From the NCBI GenBank assembly GCA_963765675.1, contig CAVXXK010000001.1, positions 896,001 through 960,000 of the forward strand: a stretch of 64,000 nt of DNA, given 5' to 3'. Numbering within the stretch: the first letter of the stretch is position 1; each line of letters starts with the position of its first letter. The notes under the pieces were generated by a model. That model did not search any database, had not been told where the DNA came from, and was given only the letters and a program-made list of their open reading frames with translations. Origin of the DNA: an uncultured delta proteobacterium. Its GTDB lineage: Bacteria > Desulfobacterota > Binatia > Binatales > Binataceae. Made by a program: the position numbers and the translations under genes. Below are positions 28,901 to 39,618 of the stretch, one piece after another.

Positions 28901-29209
28901 TCAGGCGACCTTCACGATTGGATGGACCCTTGCTTTAGGACGCACGCTGATCCTCACGTCCTGGTCCAGCGCGTTCAAGAAACGGACGAGCCGGTCCATC
29001 GAGAATCCCTCCAATCGACCATGGAGCAGCGCGGAGATTTTGGGCTGCGTGACTTTCAGCACACTGGCCGCCTGCATTTGAGTCAGGCCGCGTTTCTCGA
29101 TCAGCACCGAGACCTGATGCACGAGATCAGCCTTGGCCTGCAAAAGATCCGCATCGGCCAGACCGAGGTCCCGGAAAACATTGCCGCTGCCTTTGGTCAC
29201 CTGAATCAT
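28901..29209 (-). CDS. XRE-family HTH antitoxin
   Basis: GSGNVFRDLG...LTQxxAA...TQPKIS...FSMDRL. Confidence 0.85.
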   Translation of the reverse strand: MIQVTKGSGNVFRDLGLADADLLQAKADLVHQVSVLIEKRGLTQMQAASVLKVTQPKISALLHGRLEGFSMDRLVRFLNALDQDVRISVRPKARVHPIVKVA

Positions 29210-29251
29210 GATGAGAGCTCCGTATAGTCGGTAGATCCTGATCGCTCAGGA

Positions 29252-29629
29252 CTAATGATTCGTTGCTTTGAGTGCGTTATAAATCCCCTCGGCAAATTTG
29301 TAGCGCGCTTTCACTAGATCAAGAGCGCTCTTCGGCGTTTCGATCCCTTTCTTCGATTTCTTCTTGAACGCGTGCAGCACGTAAACAATATCCTCAAACT
29401 TCACCGTATAGATCGCGCGATATGTGTCGCCGTCGAAATCGTCGACAATTTCCAAAACTCCGGCGCCATGGAACCCTCTCAGTGGCTTTGCGGCCGGATG
29501 TTTTCCGCCCAGTTGCGCCGAGTTCAGCGCGACTCCCATTACGGTTCTAACTTCTTTGGGGAATGCCCGCAGGTCGTCTCTCGAACTTCCGATGAAGTCC
29601 AAGGGCTTGCGTCTCAGCGGGGCCGCCAC
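29252..29629 (-). CDS. RelE/ParE-family (Gp49-like/HigB) toxin
   Basis: GSSRDDLRAFP, GVLEI, TYRAIY and VYVLHAFKKKSK; lies upstream of the antitoxin. Confidence 0.85.
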   Translation of the reverse strand: MAAPLRRKPLDFIGSSRDDLRAFPKEVRTVMGVALNSAQLGGKHPAAKPLRGFHGAGVLEIVDDFDGDTYRAIYTVKFEDIVYVLHAFKKKSKKGIETPKSALDLVKARYKFAEGIYNALKATNH

Positions 29630-29706
29630 GTCTTAACTATCCCAATTTAGGTATATTTGGTCAAGTCCGACAGGCCGGTTCATTGACGCGGGCGCCATGC
29701 CGGAAA

Positions 29707-30288
29707 TCAGGCGACGATGCGGTCGGAGAAGCCGGTTACGTCGTGGGTCATTATCAGGAGATCGCGGGGGTGGCCTTTGCGATCCTCTACCCAGTCGGTA
29801 AGCACCGCTTCCACCTGGAAGCCCAGGTGCTCGAAGGCGGTGCGCGCGGCGGTCTGATCGGGCGTCATCTGGGCGGTCAGCTTCTTGACGCCGAGTCCGC
29901 GCGCGAGGTCGAAAATCTCGGCGGTGAGGTGGCGGCCGAGTCCGAGCCCGCGATATTTCGACGACGCGTTGACGCGCAATTCGCCGATCCTGCGAGTCCA
30001 TCGCGCGGGCTCGACGTGGACGCTCGCGTAGGCGGCCAGGTCGCCGTCCACTTCGGCGAGGATCGTGACGGTGTTGCCCTTCTTGAGGTTCTCGATCCAT
30101 TCGCCGATGACGGCCTTGTCGGTGATGTCGGTGCGCAGGAAGAGCAGGTCGTCGCCGGGGAGCCTCGCGGCGAACTTGAGGATCGCGTCCTTATCCGAGG
30201 GCTGCATGATGCGGATAGTCGCTTCGCGGCCGTCGCGCAGTTTCAGATGCATCGGAAATTTGCTTTCGCCCTTCGCCTTTTGCGCCAT
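29707..30288 (-). CDS. GNAT family N-acetyltransferase
   Basis: YRGLGLG motif A, FEHLGF; GGAGG before ATG 30288. Confidence 0.85.
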   Translation of the reverse strand: MAQKAKGESKFPMHLKLRDGREATIRIMQPSDKDAILKFAARLPGDDLLFLRTDITDKAVIGEWIENLKKGNTVTILAEVDGDLAAYASVHVEPARWTRRIGELRVNASSKYRGLGLGRHLTAEIFDLARGLGVKKLTAQMTPDQTAARTAFEHLGFQVEAVLTDWVEDRKGHPRDLLIMTHDVTGFSDRIVA

Positions 30289-30470
30289 CGTAAACCCTCC
30301 GCGACGCCGGTCGCGGCCATGCCGCGCGGTCAGCGAACATCCTTGCAGCATCGCCATATTTCCAGCAAGCGCACCAGCGCGTGATTCGGTTTGCAGTTGA
30401 TCGTTGATGCCTGCCAAGGTTGAGCCTAACCTGCCGCGCGCGATTTCAGCGCGACACTGGAGGTATGGCG

Positions 30471-32012
30471 ATGGCTTCCGAGATCCTCGGCGGCGGCACC
30501 CAGAGCTACCGCCTGTCCACTCAGGACGCGACGTTCATCTACGCCGAGTCTCAAAACGGTCCGCTGCATATCGGGTCGATCGGGATGCTCGAAGGGCGGA
30601 TCGATTTCGAGGATATCCTGCGCCATGTCGAAAGCCGGATTCATCTGATCCCGCGCTATCGCCAGCGGCTTGCGCCGGTGCCGTTCAATCTCGCGCACGC
30701 GATGATGGAAGATGATCCGGAGTTCGCGGTCGCAAGTCACGTCTTCAATCACGAGTTGCCGCCCGGAACCAGCGAGGCCGACGCACTCAGCATCATCATG
30801 CGCGGCTACGAAACGCCGCTTAATCGCGCGCGTCCACTGTGGGACATGCATTGCTACCAGGGGATGGAAGGCGGACGCACCGCGATCGTCTGGCGAGTGC
30901 ATCACTGCCTGGTCGATGGAGTCTCGGGCGTCGAGCTATTGAAGGTGATGTACGATTTTCGGCCCGACCCCGAGCCGGTCGCGCCGCCGGAGACGCCGTG
31001 GGTGCCGAATCCGCCGTCGTCGGGCGTCGCGCGATTTATCGAAGGTGCTCGCGCGCAGTTCCGCACGACGATCGAGGGCGCGCAGGCGAGCGCGCGCGAG
31101 ATGATGAACGACCCGGGCGCCGCGGCGAAAAACGCGCAGGCGCTCGCGTCGGCGGCGCGCACGATGACCGAGCTGGCGACCCGGCGAATCGCGCAGACGC
31201 CGTGGAACGCGGGCGTCGCGACCGAGCGGCGCGAGATCGCGTGGACGCGCCAATCGTTTGCCGATTTTCGCGCGATCCGGCAGGCCTTCGGTGGGTCGGT
31301 CAACGACGTCGTCCTGACGATTCTGACTGAGGGCGCGGCGCGATATCTCGACCATCATGGCTACAAGGGACAGGGCGAGGAGTTGTGCATCGGATGCCCC
31401 GTCAACGTGCGCCATCGCGAGGAGCGCGGTGCGCTGGGTAATCGGGTCTCGATGATGTTTCCGACCGCGCCGGCCGCGCCGATGGACGTGGTCGAGCGGC
31501 TGCATCTGATTTCCGCCGAGACCGAGCGGATCAAGGAGTCGGGCAGCGCGCAGGCGCTCGAGTCATTCATGCGGCTGGCGGAGGGAGTTCCGCCGACTCT
31601 GGTCGCGATCGGATCGCGGATGGCGACTGGTGCGATGGACGCGGCGGCGGCGCTTGCGAAAGTCAGCGGATGGAAGCCGACGCCGGGCGGACTCGCACTG
31701 CCGGCCACGATGATCAATTTTATCGCGACCAACGTGCCGGGCGTGCAGGTACCGCTGTATCTTTTGGGGCATCGATGCCTCGACATGATTCCGCTGGTGC
31801 CGCTGGGGATGACGCTCGGCTATGGGGTCGCGATACTCAGTTACAATCAGAGTCTGTATTTCGGAATGATGTCGGAGCCGCGCCTGATGCCCGACGTCGC
31901 GCTGATGCGCGCGTTTGTGGACGACGCCTTTGCCGATCTGCGCCGCCGCGGCCAGGAGCGCGCGGGAGTAGCAGAGCGCGTGATGGCGGGAGTGGCGGCC
32001 GCGCGCGGATAA
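30471..32012 (+). CDS. Wax ester synthase/diacylglycerol acyltransferase
   Basis: HHCLVDG catalytic motif, RPLW, SVNDVVL and TNVPG. Confidence 0.92.
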   Translation: MASEILGGGTQSYRLSTQDATFIYAESQNGPLHIGSIGMLEGRIDFEDILRHVESRIHLIPRYRQRLAPVPFNLAHAMMEDDPEFAVASHVFNHELPPGTSEADALSIIMRGYETPLNRARPLWDMHCYQGMEGGRTAIVWRVHHCLVDGVSGVELLKVMYDFRPDPEPVAPPETPWVPNPPSSGVARFIEGARAQFRTTIEGAQASAREMMNDPGAAAKNAQALASAARTMTELATRRIAQTPWNAGVATERREIAWTRQSFADFRAIRQAFGGSVNDVVLTILTEGAARYLDHHGYKGQGEELCIGCPVNVRHREERGALGNRVSMMFPTAPAAPMDVVERLHLISAETERIKESGSAQALESFMRLAEGVPPTLVAIGSRMATGAMDAAAALAKVSGWKPTPGGLALPATMINFIATNVPGVQVPLYLLGHRCLDMIPLVPLGMTLGYGVAILSYNQSLYFGMMSEPRLMPDVALMRAFVDDAFADLRRRGQERAGVAERVMAGVAAARG

Positions 32013-32049
32013 CGGAGCAGCGCTCTGCGATTGATCCAGACCCAAAGAT

Positions 32050-32498
32050 GACGCTTCGCGTCAGCCGACGAGCCGTCGGCATCCACTGGCGGAGAAAAAA
32101 GAGCGGCGACCGGACCGGACGTTTCGGCAGCTCACGCAGAGCAGAGCAGCACCCTCACCCGCGCGTCACGGCGATTGCAAAAAGAAGCAATCGCCGCGCC
32201 GCGCTGCGCTCTCCCGGGGGAGAGCTCTGCGTGACCGGTGGCAAAAGTGTGCGAGGGCGTGAGGGCGAGATTCCTCGCGATCCCTGCCACTGCCGGTGAT
32301 GCGCACGTCGCCATCTGCATTGCCGATGCGCGCTCGGAATGACAATTTCTCCTGGCTTGGTGTCATTCCGAGCGCGATCAGACAACGCTTATCGCTTCGT
32401 ATGCTTCATGCTGCGCGGCAGATGCCGCGAGGAATCTCGCCCTTACGCATCGGCACACTCCTGCAATTGGTTACGCAAAGCTCTCCGGCGGGAGAGGG
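32050..32498. repeat. REP-C + family F + family D MITE-like nested palindrome (32209-32498)
   Basis: GGGCGAGATTCCTCGCG...GCGCTCGGAATGACA/TGTCATTCCGAGCGC...CGCGAGGAATCTCGCCC. Confidence 0.8.
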
Positions 32499-32560
32499 TG
32501 TCTGAAGCCGGCGGACGCGACGGTTGATTCGTGGATACGGGTGCGGCTTACTCGATTGCG

Positions 32561-33367
32561 ATGCCTCGACGCAAGAAATCTGCGCGGGCGCGGACGGCTA
32601 TCAATCCGTTGGCGCGTGGGCGATTTCCGATCCTCGAGTACGATCCGGCGCGGCGCGCGATCCTCGAGCCGCGGCGGATTGTCAAAGCGATCGATGTGCC
32701 TGCGCATTGCGTGCTGTGCTTCTTCCCCGAGGTGCTGGACCATCATACGCGCGAGCGCGGGCGTGAGATCAGCGTCGCCGAAGGCGAGGGCGGACGGCAT
32801 CCGATTCACGAGATCGAGTTCGACGGCAAGCGCCTGATCGTGGCGCATCCGCGGGTCGGCGCCGCGATGGCGACGGCGATGCTCGAGCGGCTGATCGCGC
32901 TCGGATGCCGCAAGTTTATCGCGTGCGGAGGCGCGGGCGTGCTCGATTCGTCGATCGCCGTGGGACATATCATCGTGCCGACCGCCGCGATTCGCGACGA
33001 AGGAACTTCGTACCATTACCTGCCGCCGAGCCGCGAGGTCGGGCCGCATCCGCGGGCGCTTAAGGCAATTCACGCGGCGCTACGCGCGCGCGGCGTCGAG
33101 TACCTGGTTGGGAAGACCTGGACCACCGACGGACTTTTCCGCGAGACGCGGGCGCGGATGCTCGCGCGCAAGCGCGAAGGATGCCTGACGGTAGAGATGG
33201 AAGCGGCGGCGTTTTTCGCGGCGGCAAAATTTCGGCGCGTGATGCTGGGGCAGATTCTTTATGGCGGCGACGATCTGGGCGGCCGCTGGAACGATCGCGC
33301 GTGGATGCGCCACGCAGTGCGCGCGCAGCTATTCGATCTCGCCGCCGAAGCCTGCCTGCGGATATAG
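32561..33367 (+). CDS. Nucleoside phosphorylase (PNP/UDP family)
   Basis: GGAG, RDEGTSYHY, WTTDGLFRET and VEMEAA motifs. Confidence 0.9.
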   Translation: MPRRKKSARARTAINPLARGRFPILEYDPARRAILEPRRIVKAIDVPAHCVLCFFPEVLDHHTRERGREISVAEGEGGRHPIHEIEFDGKRLIVAHPRVGAAMATAMLERLIALGCRKFIACGGAGVLDSSIAVGHIIVPTAAIRDEGTSYHYLPPSREVGPHPRALKAIHAALRARGVEYLVGKTWTTDGLFRETRARMLARKREGCLTVEMEAAAFFAAAKFRRVMLGQILYGGDDLGGRWNDRAWMRHAVRAQLFDLAAEACLRI

Positions 33368-33509
33368 TCCCTCGCCCAGTATGGGAGGTGCCGCTGGCAC
33401 GCGGTCAGATGAGGGTCTTTTCAGCGCGGTGCGAGGCAGCGCGCGACTAAAAGAGGCGATCTATGGTCGCGCAGTCGCGCGACTCAAGCTCAAGGGACCC
33501 TTCACCTTA

Positions 33510-33803
33510 CCTCTTCCTTCAGAGAGCTTTGCATAACCAATCGAAGGAGTACGCCGGTGGGTAAGGGCGAGATTCCTCGCGACCTCTGCCGCGCAGCATG
33601 AAGCATACAAAGCGATATAGATTGTCTGATCGCGCTCGGAATGACACAAAGCCAGGAGGAATTGTCATTCCGAGCGCGCCTCGGCAATCCAGATGGGTAC
33701 GTGCGCATCACCTTAAGCGGCGGGGATCGCGAGGAATCTCGCCCTCACGCTCTGGCACACTTTTTACGACTGTTTATGCAAAGCTCGCCTTTCAGGGCGA
33801 GGG
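33510..33803. repeat. Family D MITE-like nested palindrome
   Basis: Same nested inverted repeats as 41951-42254. Confidence 0.8.
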
Positions 33804-33815
33804 ATCAGACCTGGA

Positions 33816-35045
33816 TTAGTTCGTCAGGACGATTCCGAAGGGAGCAGGATTCGAGATCTTCAGGTCCGACTTGATCGATTGCACGAAGCAGATGGTCTGC
33901 GTACTTCCGCTGCAGGTCGCGTTGAGCTGGTACTGCGACAATGTCCCGTCGCCCTGATCGGTCGAGTAGGCGAACACGTTCTGCGGATCGACGATAATAT
34001 CGGTGGGTCCGTTAACCGAAAGCACGTTGGTCGAATTGGACAGCGCGTTGCCGGCGAGTATGTACGAGGTGATCGAACCCGACGCCATCGCGCTGGTGTT
34101 TTGATTCGCCGACAGTGCAATCGTGGAACCCGCCCACGCAACGCCGAGAGCCGCCGAGCTCGAAGGAACCGCCTGCGTGACAAATCCGGGAACCCCGGTG
34201 CTGCTGCTCGCGATAAAGAACAGCGAAATTATCTCGTTGCCTGGGTTGGTATCGCCGACCAGCAGGTAGGTGCCGGGAATGGTGCCGTTGGTGATAACCG
34301 GTCCCAGCGCGAGGAACCCCGGCGAACCGAATGTCCCGCCCAGGCTCGCGACCGGAGAGCCGGCAATATTAGCCAGAGCGCCGGTGTTCTGATTGATCGA
34401 GAGTGCGTAAATGGTGCCGTTGGAGTTATCCGATACGTAGAGGATCGTTCCGGCGGCGTTGATTGCCAGCCCGAACGGGCCGCTCATCCCCGCGATATTC
34501 GAGGTTACCGCCGTGCCGAGCGGACCGGCCGAACTAATAGGATACGCGCTGATCGATCCCTCAGCTTGATTCGATACAAACAGCCACGTTGGGACCGCGT
34601 TGATCGTCAGCGTGACCGCCTGCTCGGGATCGCTGTTGGCGCCGTTGGAGACTGACGCCGGCGTCATCGGCGTCAGGGTGCCGTCGGTGCCGACGGTGTA
34701 CTGGTAGATATTGCCGTCCTTGACATTGGTCGCATACAGGAAGGCGTTGTTTGCGGTGATCGCGATTCCCTTGGGACCGCTCGCGCTGCCCGCCGCCACC
34801 CGCGTGTTGTACTTGAGTACTCCGGTCGAGATATTGCGCTTGAACTCGGTGATGTAGCCGCTGGTGAAGTTGGTGACATAGGCGAAGCCGCCGCCGGTCG
34901 CGGTCGAGGTCGAGGTCGGCGACGCGGTGGAATTACTGACCGAGTAAACCGAATCACCGCACGAGGTGAGGCCGAGAAGAAAGGTTAGCAACAGAATCGG
35001 GGTCAGGAATGCGAGCGATCTCGCCAAGTAACGGGAATTTGACAC
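33816..35045 (-). CDS. Beta-propeller (lactonase/YncE-like) lipoprotein
   Basis: Lipobox LTS-C, S/T-rich linker, repeated P.GIA...FLY(A/V)TN blades. Confidence 0.7.
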   Translation of the reverse strand: MSNSRYLARSLAFLTPILLLTFLLGLTSCGDSVYSVSNSTASPTSTSTATGGGFAYVTNFTSGYITEFKRNISTGVLKYNTRVAAGSASGPKGIAITANNAFLYATNVKDGNIYQYTVGTDGTLTPMTPASVSNGANSDPEQAVTLTINAVPTWLFVSNQAEGSISAYPISSAGPLGTAVTSNIAGMSGPFGLAINAAGTILYVSDNSNGTIYALSINQNTGALANIAGSPVASLGGTFGSPGFLALGPVITNGTIPGTYLLVGDTNPGNEIISLFFIASSSTGVPGFVTQAVPSSSAALGVAWAGSTIALSANQNTSAMASGSITSYILAGNALSNSTNVLSVNGPTDIIVDPQNVFAYSTDQGDGTLSQYQLNATCSGSTQTICFVQSIKSDLKISNPAPFGIVLTN

Positions 35046-35264
35046 GGTCGCTCCTTTAGTCGCGAGTCAGCATTATCATCAGGCAGGACGCAGCCGCGCA
35101 AGATAAGTCGCGTGGGGCGGGAAACCCCGCGATTTCCACATAAAGCCAGAAATGATGGATGGGGCTGCTTAAGCGCCGAGCGGGTCGGGTTAGGCGATCA
35201 TTTCGGGAATCGAGATAAATCCTGCGCGCTTGACATCGGAGCGTGCGCGGGGCGAAACGATGCT

Positions 35265-35741
35265 ATGGCGTCCGCGCGATTCGTTATCCGCCGCGCTCGC
35301 GCTGCCGACGCGGTCGCGATTGCCGAGGTCTACATAGAATCGCGGCGCGGGGCCGCGCGCTATTTCCCGACCGTGCATAGCGACGACGATATCCGCGGAT
35401 GGATCACGTCCTATCTCGTGCCGAAGCTTGAAGTCTGGCTGGCCGAAGATGCAGCGTCGGGAAAAGCAATCGGGATGATGGCGCTCGAGGGTAACATGGT
35501 CGAGCAGCTATATGTCGCGCCCGCGGCGCAGCGGCGCGGCGTCGGCGACGGGCTGCTGGCGCTCGCGATGCGCGAGCGGCCCGCGGGGTTGCGTCTATGG
35601 ACCTTTCAGGCGAACACGCCCGCGCGGAACTTTTACGAAGCGCGAGGCTTCAAGGCGATCGAGTTTACCGACGGCGCGCGCAACGAAGAGCGCACGCCCG
35701 ACGTGCTCTACGAATGGAAGCCCGCGGCGCGGCGAGAATGA
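35265..35741 (+). CDS. GNAT family N-acetyltransferase
   Basis: LYVAPAAQRRGVG, LWTFQAN and FYEARGF. Confidence 0.88.
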   Translation: MASARFVIRRARAADAVAIAEVYIESRRGAARYFPTVHSDDDIRGWITSYLVPKLEVWLAEDAASGKAIGMMALEGNMVEQLYVAPAAQRRGVGDGLLALAMRERPAGLRLWTFQANTPARNFYEARGFKAIEFTDGARNEERTPDVLYEWKPAARRE

Positions 35742-35794
35742 TGAGCGTCACAAGGGTAGTACGTTCGTTTGAGAATTCACGGCTCGGGCCGAGG

Positions 35795-36071
35795 TGTCAT
35801 TCCCGCGCGTGTGCCGCGCGCGAGGAATCCCGAGCGAAGAGTTGCTGCATGTGATGTTGGCGTCGAGCATGGCCGCTCCGGGATTTCTCCCTCCGGTCGA
35901 AATGACGTATGCGGGCGAGTTTCATGAGTATCGTAGCCTGAGCCGAGCTCTCAATCGTCATTCCGAGCCTTGGGCGAGGAATCCCGAAGCGGCCATGCTC
36001 CGGCGCCAGCATTACATGCTGCGGCGCCTCGTCCGGGATTTCTGGCGCGGCGGCCACGCGCGGGAATGACA
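35795..36071. repeat. Family D-related MITE-like element
   Basis: Perfect 17-bp terminal IR TGTCATTCCCGCGCGTG/CACGCGCGGGAATGACA with two internal GAGGAATCCCG...GGGATTTCT units. Confidence 0.8.
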
Positions 36072-36138
36072 TTCAGAGAGCGTGTTGCAACAATGAAACC
36101 GCGAATGACGCCGTATCGACGACTAAGGAGATTTAACG

Positions 36139-37116
36139 ATGGCATCAATTGATTTCAACAAAATTCCGCGCTTCAAGGATTTGCCCGTAAAAAAAGGCGC
36201 ACCCGCCGAATCCTCGTGGGGCGTGTTCGGCGACAACGACGAATTCGGATGCTTGAATTTTCTCACGCCCGAGGGCGTCGTCGAGGCGGCGCGTCTGGTG
36301 CAGAAGGGGCGCGTGTTCCGGCTCGATACGCCGATCAATTACGCCAAGCCTCCGCTGTTCAATCGGCTGCCTGCCAAGCACACGATCCTGAGCTTCGAAC
36401 AATACGGGTTGCTGGGCCATGACGACTCGCTCGACAACTACAACACGCAAGAAGGCAGCCAATGGGACGGCCTGGCGCACGTCGGCCACGTGCGGCATCG
36501 CAAATTCTACAACGGCGTCACCGACGACCAGGTGAAGGACGGGCCCGATGGCAAACTGAGTATTCACAAATGGGCAAATCGCGTAGTCGGTCGCGGCGTG
36601 CTGATCGACGTGCGCAAATTCACGCAGGACAAGGGTCGGCCGCTCGACCCGCTGACCTCGGCGACCTACAAGCTCAAGGATTTGCAAGACGCGCTGGCTG
36701 CGCAGAAATCCACGCTCAAGCCGGGATCGATCCTGCTGGTGCGGACAGGATGGCTCGGCGCGTACTTCGGAACGTCGGCGGCGGAGAAAAAGGCGATGGC
36801 GCCGCTCGAGGCGCTCAAGTCGTGCGGCATCGAGGCGACCAGCGAGATGGTCGGATGGCTGTGGGATAGCCGCGTCGCCGCGATCGGGACCGATTGTCCG
36901 GCCGTCGAGCAGTGGCCGTGGGATTTCAAGGATGAAGGCGCGCTGCACTATCGCGCGCTCTCGATGCTGGGGCTGCCGCTCGGCGAGCAATTTGTCCTCG
37001 ACGATCTTGCGGCCGATTGCGCCGCCGATAATCGCTACGAGTTCATGGTGGTGTCGGTGCCGATGAACCTCGAGGGCGGAATCGCGACGCCGCCCAACGC
37101 GGTCGCGATCAAGTAA
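36139..37116 (+). CDS. Cyclase family (kynurenine formamidase-like) metal hydrolase
   Basis: QEGSQWDGLAH, GRGVLID and LLVRTGW. Confidence 0.88.
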   Translation: MASIDFNKIPRFKDLPVKKGAPAESSWGVFGDNDEFGCLNFLTPEGVVEAARLVQKGRVFRLDTPINYAKPPLFNRLPAKHTILSFEQYGLLGHDDSLDNYNTQEGSQWDGLAHVGHVRHRKFYNGVTDDQVKDGPDGKLSIHKWANRVVGRGVLIDVRKFTQDKGRPLDPLTSATYKLKDLQDALAAQKSTLKPGSILLVRTGWLGAYFGTSAAEKKAMAPLEALKSCGIEATSEMVGWLWDSRVAAIGTDCPAVEQWPWDFKDEGALHYRALSMLGLPLGEQFVLDDLAADCAADNRYEFMVVSVPMNLEGGIATPPNAVAIK

Positions 37117-37150
37117 TTGAAATTCAAAACCGGAATCCAAGGTTAGCGAA

Positions 37151-38122
37151 ATGGCACTCGAACTTTCATGCGCGTTCGCAACTTCGTCTGAAAGCCACGA
37201 GCACGCGCGAATCGCCGAAGAGCTGGGCTACGCGCGTGCCTGGTTCTACGATTCGCCCGCGCTCTATCCCGACGTCTGGGTGCAACTCTGCCGCGCCGCC
37301 GAGCGCACGAGCAGGATCGGCCTCGGCCCGGGAGTGCTGGTACCGAGCCTGCGGCATCCGATGGTCAACGCGGCGGCGATTGCGACGCTCGCATCGATCG
37401 CGGGAGCGCGCCGCGTCGCGGTGGCGATCGGATCGGGCTTCACCGGACGGCTGACGATGGGCAAAAGGCCGATGAAGTGGACCGACGTGCGCGAGTACGT
37501 GCAGGTTCTGCGCGCACTGCTCAGCGGCGACGAAGCAAAGTGGGAGGGCGCGGCGATCCGGATGCTGCATCCGGCGGGCTACGGCGCGCCGCGTCCGATC
37601 GAGGTGCCGATCGTGATCGGCGCCGCCGGTCCCAAGGGAATCGCGGTGGCGCGCGAGCTGGGCGACGGCGTCTTTGGCGCGCCAAACCCGATTCCCGGGT
37701 TCAAGTGGAGCATCGCGCTGACTCTCGGCACCGTGCTTCGGGAGGGCGAGGATCCCGGATCGGCGCGAGTGCTCGCGGCGGCAGGCCACGCCGCGCCGGT
37801 GCTGTTTCATTTCGCGCTCGAAAACAAGATGCTGCAGCTCGTCGACCGAGGCGAGGAATGGGCGGCCGCGTATAAGGACGTGCCGAGCCATCAGCGTCAT
37901 CTGGCGCTGCACGACCAGCATCTGATCGCGATCAATAAGCGCGACCGGCCGTTCATCACCGGAGCGACGCTGGTCAAGCAGGGACTCGCGCTGACGCGCG
38001 CAGGATGGCGCGAACGCGCCGCGGCGCTGGAAGCGGCGGGCGCGACGGAGATCGCGTATCAGCCGGCAGGCCCGGATATCGCGTCCGAGCTGGAAGCATT
38101 CGCGTCGGCGATTCGCGGTTGA
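37151..38122 (+). CDS. LLM class (flavin or F420) oxidoreductase
   Basis: AEELGY, RIGLGPGV, RHP and GPKG...GDG. Confidence 0.85.
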   Translation: MALELSCAFATSSESHEHARIAEELGYARAWFYDSPALYPDVWVQLCRAAERTSRIGLGPGVLVPSLRHPMVNAAAIATLASIAGARRVAVAIGSGFTGRLTMGKRPMKWTDVREYVQVLRALLSGDEAKWEGAAIRMLHPAGYGAPRPIEVPIVIGAAGPKGIAVARELGDGVFGAPNPIPGFKWSIALTLGTVLREGEDPGSARVLAAAGHAAPVLFHFALENKMLQLVDRGEEWAAAYKDVPSHQRHLALHDQHLIAINKRDRPFITGATLVKQGLALTRAGWRERAAALEAAGATEIAYQPAGPDIASELEAFASAIRG

Positions 38123-38749
38123 TCACGCAACCGCCGCGCGGGCGATGATCGCGGCGATCGCGCGGATCGCGGTCTCCATCACGTCGAGGGCCATGCTCGG
38201 GGCGTTCGGATGGCGCGCGCTCTGGCGCGAATCGTAGGGGAGATGGATGAATCCGACCGGCAGGCTCTGCCGGCGCCGCGTCAGATGCAAGCTCGCGTAC
38301 ATCAGCGCGTTGCACGCATACGCGCCGGCGCTCAGCGAGACCTGGGCGGGAATTTCGCGCCGGCGCATGTCGCGCATCACGGCAGGAATCGGAATCCGCG
38401 CGAAGTAGGCCTCGGGCGCGCCTGCGATGACTGGCTTCGCGCTGGTGCCATAGGTGTTGCTGGCGGCAGCGTTCTCGTCGGCCAGATTGATCGCGACTTT
38501 TTCGATCGAGATTGCGGGCCGTCCACCCGCCTGCCCGAGTCCCAGGATCGCGCGCGGGCGATAGCGGACGATCGCGGCGTTGAGGCGGCGTACGGCGGCG
38601 GCGCATCCGACCGGGACCTTCACCGATTTGACTTTGAGCGCCGCGATCTCGTCGCCGTCGAGGCTCCGGGCGATCTCCCATGAGGGATTGATCCGCTCGC
38701 CGCGAAATGGCGCGAATCCAGTAATCAGCAAAATCCGCGACTGCGCCAT
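38123..38749 (-). CDS. pcp: Pyroglutamyl-peptidase I
   Basis: LITGFAPF, NPS, GQAGGR, SAGAYACN and GFIHLP. Confidence 0.93.
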   Translation of the reverse strand: MAQSRILLITGFAPFRGERINPSWEIARSLDGDEIAALKVKSVKVPVGCAAAVRRLNAAIVRYRPRAILGLGQAGGRPAISIEKVAINLADENAAASNTYGTSAKPVIAGAPEAYFARIPIPAVMRDMRRREIPAQVSLSAGAYACNALMYASLHLTRRRQSLPVGFIHLPYDSRQSARHPNAPSMALDVMETAIRAIAAIIARAAVA

Positions 38750-38756
38750 GCGAGCC

Positions 38757-39585
38757 TCTAGCTCTTGCGCACCGGATGCTCGATCGGAACGTCGTCGCGA
38801 TTACCCCATTCGGCCCACGAACCCCAGTAGTTGCGCACGTTCGGATAACCGGCCAGCCGCAGCGCGACTAACGCGTGCGCGGCGCGGTAACCACCTTGGC
38901 AATATGGAATGATCTCGGCGTCGGGGCGCAGGCCGAGCGCCTCGTACTCCGCGCGCAGCGTGGCGGGCGATTTGAATTTGCCGTCGGCGGTGTTGGCTTC
39001 CGTCCAATCGCGATGCGCCGAGCCGGGAATCGCGCCGCCGTGGCGGGCGCGCACGCGTTCGCTGAAATACTCGGCGTCGCTGCGAACGTCGAAGATGCGA
39101 ACCTCGCGGCGTCCGAGCCGCTCGACGATATACGCGCTCGACGCGGAGATCTCGTCGCGCGGCGCACCCTTGAAGTGCGTCGGCTTTATCGCCGCCGGCG
39201 CGGTCCAGAGCTTTTCATTCGCGAGCGCGCGCAGTCCGCCGTCGAGCATCCTCGCGCGCCGATGCCCCATCCATTCGAGCAGCCACAGCACGCGCGCCGC
39301 GCGCATCCCGGAGTCGTTCTCGTAGCATACGACGGTTTCCTTGCCGGTGATTCCGAGCGCGGAGAATATCCATTCGAGCTGCGCGCGAAATTCCCGGATG
39401 CCGCGATCGGAGCTGTCGGAGTAATGAAACGGAAACGGATCGAAATGGCGCGCTCCGCGGATATGGCCGGCCCAGTAATCGTCGGGCGCGCGGGTGTCGA
39501 TGAACACGACATTCTTGTCGCTGCGATGCGCTCGCGCCCATTTCGCGTCGACGATTGGTTTGGGTTGCGCCGCTGATGATGCCAT
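38757..39585 (-). CDS. Tandem-domain rhodanese sulfurtransferase
   Basis: GHIRGA, LDGG, CQGGYRA and YWGSWAEW. Confidence 0.9.
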
Positions 39586-39618
39586 CGCGTGGTTCCTTCG
39601 CGGCAGGACAAATCGCGC